A stretch of DNA of 64,000 nucleotides, from NCBI GenBank assembly GCA_040388535.1, contig JAZKBR010000002.1:774838-838837 (forward strand), given 5' to 3'. Under the pieces are notes generated by a model. That model was not told where the DNA came from. It saw only the letters and a list, made by a program, of their open reading frames with translations, and made no database searches. Positions 35,292 to 43,834 of the stretch are shown here, in pieces. The translations under genes were made by a program, and so were the position numbers. Source of the stretch: Gemmatimonadota bacterium (GTDB lineage: Bacteria; Gemmatimonadota; Gemmatimonadetes; Gemmatimonadales; GWC2-71-9). How positions within the stretch are numbered: the first letter of the stretch is position 1; each line of letters begins with the position of its first letter.

Positions 35292-36223
35292 TGGATCACG
35301 AAGACGAGGCAGGTCGAGGCCTGCCAGAAGCGTTCCGGATCGTCGATCGAGAAGAGCATCGACTGATCGTCGAACGACCAGACGCGTTCGCCCTGCTGCT
35401 GCATCTCCTGCAGGTCGGCGCGACCGATCAGGTTGAATCCCTTGCGGGCGCGCGGCAGCCGGATCTGCACCGGGTGTTCGCGGTCGATGGCGATTGACCC
35501 TGCTGGCATTCGCTCGCAGACGAGATCTTCGTCATCGTCGAGCAGGTTCATCCGCTTCACCTCGTCACGCGTGAGCACCACGTAGGCAGCGGTGCGTGCG
35601 GCCGCGCGGGCCGGTTCCACGGCCACGTGCCCGAGCGCACTGAGGCTGTCGACGCGCCGTCGCAGGCCGAAGATGGTGTCGCGGAGGACCACGATGGTAT
35701 CGCGCAGTTCCGCATTGGACTCGACCAGAATCCCGTTGGCACGCATCAGCGAATCGACCTGCGCTTCGAGCTGGACGATCCGCTGTTCACGCAGCACCAG
35801 CAGCGACTCGAGTGAACTGATGTGCTGGCGCGCCACGCGCAGGGAATCGTTGACGAACTTGACGCCTGGTCCGAGGGCGTCGAGCTGCCGGCGCAGGTGG
35901 GTGATGGTGACCAGGCGAGCGCGATTGAGCGCGCGGAGCGAATCGACTGTGGTGCGGTACCGGGTGAGCGAGTCCACCGGCGTGTCGCCTTGCTCACCGC
36001 GGTCGGATCCCGAGCGGTCGACCAGCTGGATCGCGGCTTCGTCGCGGACCATTGCCCGGGAGATGCTGTCGGAGGCCTTCACGATGCTGTTGGCGGCTTC
36101 GAGCTGTTTTTTCTGGTGCGAGGCCAGGACGGCAGGGTCGGAGAGGTCCATCGCACGACCATCCGCCCCGCCGCATCCGAGGAGCGGCAGAAGGAGAATC
36201 GCGAGTCGCAGGGCCCTGAGCAT
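35288..36223 (-). CDS. Coiled-coil lipoprotein, first gene of the SEDS/PBP-like train
   Basis: ORF 35288..36463 trimmed to ATG 36223 (MLRALRLAILLLPLLGCGG lipobox); the upstream part is translated from the C-rich strand of the G-tract. Heptad-like LRRQLDALG...LESLLVLREQRIVQLEAQVDSLMRANGILVESNAELRDTIVVLRDTIFGLRRRVDSL. Confidence 0.65.
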   Translation of the reverse strand: MLRALRLAILLLPLLGCGGADGRAMDLSDPAVLASHQKKQLEAANSIVKASDSISRAMVRDEAAIQLVDRSGSDRGEQGDTPVDSLTRYRTTVDSLRALNRARLVTITHLRRQLDALGPGVKFVNDSLRVARQHISSLESLLVLREQRIVQLEAQVDSLMRANGILVESNAELRDTIVVLRDTIFGLRRRVDSLSALGHVAVEPARAAARTAAYVVLTRDEVKRMNLLDDDEDLVCERMPAGSIAIDREHPVQIRLPRARKGFNLIGRADLQEMQQQGERVWSFDDQSMLFSIDDPERFWQASTCLVFVIQ

Positions 36224-36337
36224 CTCTCTTCCCCCGTCCGGGCGGGCCGGTGGGTGGGTGGTCTCTGTTGGAATGGGGCTCCGTACGAGGGGAATGTTCC
36301 AGAGGTTGCAAAGTGCGACAAAGCCGAAAAGCGAGAA

Positions 36338-36388
36338 GGGGGAAGGGGGAAGGGGGGAAGGGAGGAGGGGAAGGGGGCAGGGGGCAGG
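36338..36388 (+). repeat. Polypurine tract with seven G3-6 runs (G-quadruplex-capable) in the divergent lipoprotein/thiC control region
   Basis: gggggaagggggaaggggggaagggaggaggggaagggggcagggggcagg, read directly. Lies ~27 nt upstream of the TPP riboswitch and 115 nt upstream of the lipoprotein ATG on the other strand. Confidence 0.85.
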
Positions 36389-36414
36389 CGGCGAGGCTAC
36401 CCCGTATCTTTTCG

Positions 36415-38212
<1,798 letters not shown>

Positions 38213-38285
38213 CCCCCTGCCGCAGGCAGGGCATCACCTGACGCGGACGAGTGATTTCGCCCGCCCACCCGGCTGACGCGCCGGC

Positions 38286-40550
38286 GTGGGAGAATTCACC
38301 ACCCTCGAGATTGTCGGCGTGCTGGTCCAGTGGACCAGCGCGCTCGTCCTGCTGGGTCTCTTCCGTCAGCTCGCCCGGCTCGGCGCACAGCAACGACTGC
38401 TGACGACCTGGTCGATCGCTTGGGGCTCACTGCTCATCGGCCTCACCGGCTACCTCGTCGCCCCACTCGCCAGCGGACTGGGGTGGTCGGTGCCGCCGAT
38501 CCTCGCGGCGTTCGCGGCATCCCTCTATGCCCCCGCGAAGTTCGTCTTCCTCGCGATGGTTGCCCTGGGCGCGATCCAGGCGGCGGGTATTCCCGTCGCT
38601 CGCGTCACCGAGCGCCGGGTGGCCTTCGCCGCCGCGGTGCTCGGCCTCGTGATGAGCCTGCTGTTGCCACAGGGACGGATCATTCAGGTACAGGTGATCG
38701 TCACGCCGCTGCTCTTCCTGGCCTGTGCCGTCCTGATCCTGCGCCGGGTGCACGCGCCCTACCGCCGGGCACCGAGTTTCCTCGCGGTGGCCCTGGCCTG
38801 CTACGCCGCGCTCTGGCTGATCTACTTCCTCGCGGTCTTCTTCGGATCGGTGCTCCGCGAGAGCGCCCCCTGGATCGATGCCATTGCCCGCGCGTCGGGA
38901 TATGGTGATGCGCTCGTTGCCACGCTGCTTGGTGCTGCCGTCGTCGCCTGTGTGGTGCAGGCCTCGTTCATCGATCTCGCCGCCGAACGTGAAGGGCGCC
39001 TCAACGATCTCGCGACCTCCGAAGCGCGACTTCTCGGCATCATCGAGGCGGCCGAAGAAGCGATCATCACACTCGACGCCGAAGGGCGTGTCGATCTCGG
39101 GAATTCCGCGACCGAGCGGATGTTCGGTACGACGATGCCGGCAATGCTCGGCCGCTCGCTTGAATCATTCGTCGTGATCAGCGAGACACTCCCGGGGCAG
39201 GTTACCACCCAGTCGATTGCTGCGCGACTCGGCGTTCAGCTCGAGGGGCCGCTCACACTGCGCGGCGACGGTGTTCGCAGTGACGGGAGTGAGTTTCCGC
39301 TGGAATTCTCCGTCGGCGTGCTGCGGAGCACCGAACGCACCGGCAGCGTGGTGATTCTCCGTGACCTGACGCAGCAGCGGAGCGCGGAGGCTGAGCGGGA
39401 GCAGTTCGAGCGTCGCGTGGCGGATTCCGAGAAGATGCTGGCGATCGGACGGCTGGTGTCGGGCGTTGCGCACGAGCTGAACAACCCGCTCGCCGTGGTG
39501 CTCGGGCAGAGTGAGCAATTGCTGCAGGAGACGCGCGACGCCGAGACGCGCGGATCGCTGCAACTCATCTACGAGCAGGCGCACCGGGCCCGTCACATCG
39601 TGAAGGACCTGCTCGCGTTTGTCCGTCAACGCGAGAAGCGCCGTGATCCGGTCGACCTGGCCGTGCTGGTACAGCGGGTCGTGGCCGGGCACGCGGCGGA
39701 GCAGCGGGCCAGTGGCGTGACGGTGACGCTCGATTTGCCGGAGGCGATGCCGCGGGCTCTTGCCGATCGCCTCGCCATCGAGCAGGTGGTAGTCAACCTG
39801 CTCGACAACGCCTGCGCTGCCGCGGGCAATGGCGGCTTGGTACGGCTTCACTGCTGGGACGTCGGCGACATGGTGATGCTCGCGGTGGAGGACAACGGGC
39901 CGGGCGTCCCGGCGGAGGAAGTCGGCCGGATCTTCGAGCCGTTCTTCACGACCAAGCCTGTCGGGCAGGGGACCGGGCTCGGGCTCTCGGTGTCGCTCGG
40001 CATTGTCGAACAGCACGGCGGAACGCTGCGGCTCGAGAATCGTCCGGCGCCGGGGGTGGGCGCCCGGTTCGTCCTCGCGCTGCCGATCGCGACAGCTGAC
40101 GAGGTCGCCTGGACCCCGTCGACCGCGACCACTTTGCGGGCGATTCCACGGCCGGCGGCGGCGTACGGGAGCGGCGCGACGGTGCTGATCATCGATGATG
40201 AGAGCTCGGTTCGGTCGACGCTCTCCCGCCTGTTGCACCGGAGCGGCTGGCTGGTGCGCGAAGCGGTGTCGGGCGAGGAGGGGTTGGCGATATTGCTGCA
40301 CGCGAGCGATGCCGAACTTCCTGTCCTCGTGCTCTGCGACCTGAAGATGCCCGGCATCGGGGGACGCGAACTCTTCGCCCGCTTGCGCGCCGAGCGGCCG
40401 GTGCTGCTGGGCCGCCTGATGTTCGTGACGGGCGACGTGGTCGAGCCAGCCACGGCGGCGTTCATCGCCGAGAGTGGCTGCGAGGTGGTCGAGAAGCCGT
40501 ACACCGTGGCGGAACTTGCGCGCGCGATGGAGCGGGTGCTCCGCCGGTAG
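38286..40550 (+). CDS. Hybrid sensor histidine kinase (multi-TM sensor, PAS, HisKA, HATPase_c, receiver)
   Basis: 754 aa. ~6-7 N-terminal TM helices; PAS-like region (LLGIIEAAEEAIITLDAEGRV); H-box VAHELNNPLAVV; LLDNACAA, DNGPGV, GTGLGLSV; receiver VLIIDDE ... VLCDLKMPGIGG. Confidence 0.88.
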   Translation: MGEFTTLEIVGVLVQWTSALVLLGLFRQLARLGAQQRLLTTWSIAWGSLLIGLTGYLVAPLASGLGWSVPPILAAFAASLYAPAKFVFLAMVALGAIQAAGIPVARVTERRVAFAAAVLGLVMSLLLPQGRIIQVQVIVTPLLFLACAVLILRRVHAPYRRAPSFLAVALACYAALWLIYFLAVFFGSVLRESAPWIDAIARASGYGDALVATLLGAAVVACVVQASFIDLAAEREGRLNDLATSEARLLGIIEAAEEAIITLDAEGRVDLGNSATERMFGTTMPAMLGRSLESFVVISETLPGQVTTQSIAARLGVQLEGPLTLRGDGVRSDGSEFPLEFSVGVLRSTERTGSVVILRDLTQQRSAEAEREQFERRVADSEKMLAIGRLVSGVAHELNNPLAVVLGQSEQLLQETRDAETRGSLQLIYEQAHRARHIVKDLLAFVRQREKRRDPVDLAVLVQRVVAGHAAEQRASGVTVTLDLPEAMPRALADRLAIEQVVVNLLDNACAAAGNGGLVRLHCWDVGDMVMLAVEDNGPGVPAEEVGRIFEPFFTTKPVGQGTGLGLSVSLGIVEQHGGTLRLENRPAPGVGARFVLALPIATADEVAWTPSTATTLRAIPRPAAAYGSGATVLIIDDESSVRSTLSRLLHRSGWLVREAVSGEEGLAILLHASDAELPVLVLCDLKMPGIGGRELFARLRAERPVLLGRLMFVTGDVVEPATAAFIAESGCEVVEKPYTVAELARAMERVLRR

Positions 40551-40556
40551 GTGCTC

Positions 40557-40577
40557 GCGCCGCGCCTCGCGCGGCGC
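40557..40577 (+). terminator. GC-rich stem-loop after the hybrid kinase gene (no U-tract)
   Basis: gcgccgcg-cctcg-cgcggcgc: an 8-bp stem starting 7 nt after the stop (TAG 40548-40550). Confidence 0.3.
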
Positions 40578-40838
40578 AGATCCTTCCAGCGACGGAACTG
40601 CCGGAATTTTGCTGCTCGGGCTCGGCACGGGAGGCCGCGGTCGTCGGATCAGGATCCGCGCGTCCGCGATTCGGTCGCGTCCGGCGGCGGGCGCTCCCGC
40701 CCGCTCGGCGGACGCTCCTGCGAATCGCCCGCCGGCGCATGGTGCGCCGGCCAAGGACGCGCTCCCTACTGATTCTCCTCCCGCGGCCCCCCGCGCCGAA
40801 CGCCCACCGACTCAATGCCGTCTAGCACTTCCTCGAAA

Positions 40839-40976
40839 GGATTCGCGGGCGTTGAGTCGTGGGTGCCTCGGAGCGGCCTTTACAGCCGTCGCTCACGATG
40901 GCTGGTATCGCTAGCGCGATCGCGGGCGGCTGTAACAGACGCGGAGAGGCAGCCCACGAGCAACGCTAGCGAATCC
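40839..40976. repeat. 138-bp palindromic (MITE-like) element, copy L
   Basis: Termini ggattcgcgggcgttgagtcgtgggtgcctc (40839-40869) and gaggcagcccacgagcaacgctagcgaatcc (40946-40976) are imperfect inverted repeats. The inner part also pairs (ttacagccg...cggctgtaa). Confidence 0.75.
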
Positions 40977-41076
40977 GTGGCTCGTGAGGCGCGCGCGGAG
41001 AGGGAGCCGACGGCGTAACGCCCTGCGCAGCGAGACCCGCGCTACCTTTGCTGCACTCTTTTTCGGGAGCCCGCCC

Positions 41077-42834
41077 GTGGTTCGTCGCCTCGCGCCATTC
41101 GCCTGCCTCTGCCTCCTCGCGATGCCGCTCGCCGCCCAGTCGCGCGATGCCAGCGTTCCCGACCTGGTTGCACTGATGGCACAGCCCAAGAGCGAGATCG
41201 CCCAGGTGCTCGACCGCTGGCAGAGTGACCGCGGCGCGCTGAGCCGGCGCTACACGACCGAATATTCCACGGTGAGGCGTGAGCGGTTCCGGAGCTTCAA
41301 CACCACCTGGCGCGCCCAACTCAAGGCGCTGCCCTTCGAGAAGCTGTCGCGACCCGCGCAGGTGGACTACCTGCTGCTCGACAACAAGCTCCGTTACGAA
41401 CTCGGCCTCCTCGACCGCGAGGCAAAGCTGGCCGGTGAGATGACGGCACTGTTGCCCTTCGCGGACACCCTCGCGGCACTGCTCGAGGCACGCCGGACCC
41501 TGCAGCGCCCCGATCCGGCCACTACGGCGCGAACCATCGCATGGATGACGAGCCAGATCGACAAGACGAGCAAGGGCCTCGGCAACACCGATGGCGTGCC
41601 GACCGGCGTCAAGGCGACGAAGATCGTGGCCTACCGCGCCGCCGATGCGATCGCCGGATACAAGCGGCAGTTCGCGGCCTGGCTCCGCTTCTATCAGGGC
41701 TATGACGCGCAGATCACCTGGTGGATCGCCGATCCCGCGAAGAAGTTCGACGCGGCGCTCGACAGCTATCGCAAGGCACTGCGTGAGAAGGTTGTGGGCG
41801 CCAGGGAAGGACAGGATGAACCGATCGTCGGCGACCCGATCGGCGCCGACGGACTCGCGGTGGACCTCGCGGGCGAGATGATTCCCTACACTCCGGCCGA
41901 ACTGATCGCCATCGCCGAAAAGGAGTATGCCTTTCTCGAAACCGAGGCGAAGCGCGCCGCGCGAGAGATGGGTTTTGGTGATGACTGGAAGGCCGCACTC
42001 GAGAAGGTGAAGACCGAGTATCCACCCGTCGGCGAGCAGGTCACTGCCGTGCGTGACATGGCCTGGGAGGCCACCCGATACGTCGAAGAGCACAACCTCG
42101 TCACCGTACCGGCGCTCGCCAAGGAAGTCTGGCGGATGGAGATGATGACGCCGGAGGCGCAGAAAACCAATCCGTTCTTCCTCGGCGGCGAAGTGATCCA
42201 GGTCTCATCACCGACTGATGCGATGAGTGAAGAGGAGAAGGTGCAGGCGCTGCGCGCGAACAATGCGCCGATGTCCCGCGCCACCGTGCAGCACGAGCTG
42301 ATCCCCGGACATCACCTGCAAGGGTTCATGGCCGATCGCAACAACACCCAGCGCGGCATCTTCGACACTCCATTCTATGTGGAAGGGTGGTCGCTCTGGT
42401 GGGAACTCCATCTCTGGGACCTCGGCTTCCACTCCACCCCCGACCAGCGCATGGGGGCACTCTTCTGGCGGATGCATCGCGCGGCGCGGATCATCTTTTC
42501 CCTCAAGTTCCACCTCGGCGAGTGGACGCCGCAGCAGTGCATCGACTTCCTCGTCGACAAGGTGGGCCACGAGCGCGCCTCAGCCACTGGCGAGGTGCGA
42601 CGCTCCTTCAACGGCAACTATTCGCCGCTTTACCAGGCGGGCTACCTGCTTGGCGGGATGCAGCTGCGGTCGCTCTATGGCGATGTGGTGAAGGGGAAGA
42701 AGATGACCGAACGGCAGTTCCACGACGCGGTTCTCGCGACCGGACCGATGCCGATCGAGATGGTGCGCGCACTGCTGAAGCCCGAGGTCCCGCTCAAGCG
42801 CGACTACGTGGCGAACTGGCGCTTTTCGGACTAG
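41077..42834 (+). CDS. DUF885 family protein (putative secreted metallopeptidase-like)
   Basis: ORF 40984..42834 trimmed to GTG 41077 (VVRRLAPFACLCLLAMPLAAQ signal). HELIPGHHLQ motif characteristic of DUF885. Confidence 0.8.
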   Translation: MVRRLAPFACLCLLAMPLAAQSRDASVPDLVALMAQPKSEIAQVLDRWQSDRGALSRRYTTEYSTVRRERFRSFNTTWRAQLKALPFEKLSRPAQVDYLLLDNKLRYELGLLDREAKLAGEMTALLPFADTLAALLEARRTLQRPDPATTARTIAWMTSQIDKTSKGLGNTDGVPTGVKATKIVAYRAADAIAGYKRQFAAWLRFYQGYDAQITWWIADPAKKFDAALDSYRKALREKVVGAREGQDEPIVGDPIGADGLAVDLAGEMIPYTPAELIAIAEKEYAFLETEAKRAAREMGFGDDWKAALEKVKTEYPPVGEQVTAVRDMAWEATRYVEEHNLVTVPALAKEVWRMEMMTPEAQKTNPFFLGGEVIQVSSPTDAMSEEEKVQALRANNAPMSRATVQHELIPGHHLQGFMADRNNTQRGIFDTPFYVEGWSLWWELHLWDLGFHSTPDQRMGALFWRMHRAARIIFSLKFHLGEWTPQQCIDFLVDKVGHERASATGEVRRSFNGNYSPLYQAGYLLGGMQLRSLYGDVVKGKKMTERQFHDAVLATGPMPIEMVRALLKPEVPLKRDYVANWRFSD

Positions 42835-42858
42835 CGCGATCTCCCCGGCGAGTGGTGA

Positions 42859-42876
42859 TGCCGCGCTCGCGCGGCA
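42859..42876 (+). terminator. Short GC stem-loop after the DUF885 gene (no U-tract)
   Basis: tgccgcg-ctcg-cgcggca: a 7-bp stem, 25 nt after the stop. Confidence 0.3.
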
Positions 42877-42925
42877 CCGATCCTCGAGACGCCGGACGCC
42901 CCGAGCAACACCGCTGACTCCGTCC

Positions 42926-43076
42926 GGATTCGCCGGCGTTGCTCGTGGGCTGCCTCTCCGCAGCCCAACGGAGTCCCGACGGCGGTTCGAGCTGGCGACA
43001 TTAGAGCTGGTGCGCGGCGCCTCCGAGTCTGCTACGAGGCACCCACGACTCAACGCCTGCGAATCCCCTTCTCCAG
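42926..43076. repeat. 151-bp palindromic (MITE-like) element, copy R, inverted relative to copy L
   Basis: Termini ggattcgccggcgttgctcgtgggctgcctc (42926-42956) and gaggcacccacgactcaacgcctgcgaatcc (43046-43076). The reverse complement of the right terminus matches the left terminus of copy L at 30/31 positions. Central ~90 nt are unrelated to copy L. Confidence 0.75.
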
Positions 43077-43083
43077 TCTCTAG

Positions 43084-43118
43084 TCTCTAGTCTCTAGTCT
43101 CTGCTCTGTCGATCTGAC
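43084..43118. repeat. (GTCTCTA)n heptamer array, single arm, upstream of hsp20
   Basis: cag tctcta gtctcta gtctcta gtctctg ctctg: three perfect units plus degenerate units. Abuts copy R of the palindromic element. Confidence 0.85.
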
Positions 43119-43181
43119 ACCGCCTCTGTCGCAATGACTGGCCGGCGTCGATGCAATCTGCCGACGTTGGCAGGCCCAGGC

Positions 43182-43196
43182 TGGCACGCCCGATGC
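43182..43196 (+). promoter_or_regulatory. Possible sigma-54 (-24/-12) promoter upstream of hsp20
   Basis: TGGCAC-gcccg-ATGC versus consensus TGGCAC-N5-TTGC (one mismatch), ~80 nt upstream of the hsp20 ATG. Confidence 0.25.
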
Positions 43197-43276
43197 CCCT
43201 CTCCTGGTCGTCGGCGGGGAACAGCTTCCGCCGCACTGTCCCAACCAGCGCCCCGCAAGGGGAGGAGCTTGCAGCC

Positions 43277-43660
43277 ATGATGTCCCGCCATCAGATGCCC
43301 CGTTTTGCCGGCCGTAACGGCTTCGCCCTTGAGCCGTCGATTGATCGTTTCATCGCCCGCGCCTTCGATGTGCCGGTGTGGAGTGGCGGTGCCGACGTGC
43401 AGGAACTCGCCGATCAGGCAGTGATCACTCTCGATGTGCCTGGTGTGAAGCCGGAGCAGCTCAAGGTCTCGGCCGAGAATCGGACGATCACCGTGAACGT
43501 CGAGCGCGAAGGGCGCGGCAACTTCACTCGCCAGTACACCATCGGCAGCAAGTACGATCTTGCCGGCCTGAATGCGAAGCTCGAGCTGGGCGTGCTCACG
43601 CTGACGCTCCCGGTTGCCACTGAGGCGATGTCGCGGGAAGTGCCTGTTACCGTCGCGTAG
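43277..43660 (+). CDS. Small heat-shock protein, Hsp20/alpha-crystallin family
   Basis: ORF 43151..43660 trimmed to ATG 43277 (GGAGGA 10 nt upstream). ITLDVPGVKPEQLKVSAENRTITVNVERE ... AKLELGVLTLTLP. Confidence 0.88.
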   Translation: MMSRHQMPRFAGRNGFALEPSIDRFIARAFDVPVWSGGADVQELADQAVITLDVPGVKPEQLKVSAENRTITVNVEREGRGNFTRQYTIGSKYDLAGLNAKLELGVLTLTLPVATEAMSREVPVTVA

Positions 43661-43673
43661 CGACCAAGTACTG

Positions 43674-43794
43674 GAGACTAGAGACTAGAGGCTAGAGACT
43701 AGAGACGGCAGTCCGGGCAGTCGGTCCGCAATAGAGCTTCCGGATGACCCCCTCTAGTCTCTAGTCTCTAGTCTCTAGTCTCTAGTCTCCTCTC
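43674..43794. repeat. Inverted heptamer arrays (GAGACTA)4.7 - 46-nt spacer - (TCTAGTC)5 forming a long hairpin after hsp20
   Basis: 43674-43706 gagacta gagacta gaggcta gagacta gagac. 43753-43787 tctagtc x5, then tcctctc. The arms are reverse complements. Confidence 0.9.
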
Positions 43795-43834
43795 AGGGGC
43801 TGGCGTTCCGCCTCGTCCGGTAGCATCCTCACGG

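Noticed and set aside
40474-41018. Several 60-150-aa ORFs in the 526-bp gap between the hybrid kinase and the DUF885 gene
   Set aside because: They are all Arg/Ala/Pro-rich, mutually overlapping on both strands, and run through the hairpin/palindromic repeats. I treat the region as non-coding.
40839-43076. Palindromic elements flanking DUF885 considered as integron attC sites bounding a gene cassette
   Set aside because: The size (~140 bp) and the imperfect inverted termini with a variable core are reminiscent of attC. One arm even contains GTTGAGT (GTTRRRY). However, the order of core-like sequences is GTT...AAC on both strands, not RYYYAAC...GTTRRRY. The partner arm reads GTTGCTC. No intI/attI is present, and the gene has its own signal peptide and a plausible context.
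40839-43076. Calling the segment a composite transposon / mobile_element
   Set aside because: There is no transposase, no recognisable target-site duplication at the outer ends, and the cores of the two elements differ. I kept it as a repeat plus a hypothesis in the findings and did not annotate it as a mobile element.
43084-43794. Heptamer arrays (also 51912..52058, 14864..14937, 22941..22969) considered as CRISPR arrays
   Set aside because: The repeat unit is only 7 nt and is directly tandem, with no unique spacers between units. There is a single ~45-nt sequence between inverted arms, and no cas genes are in the window.
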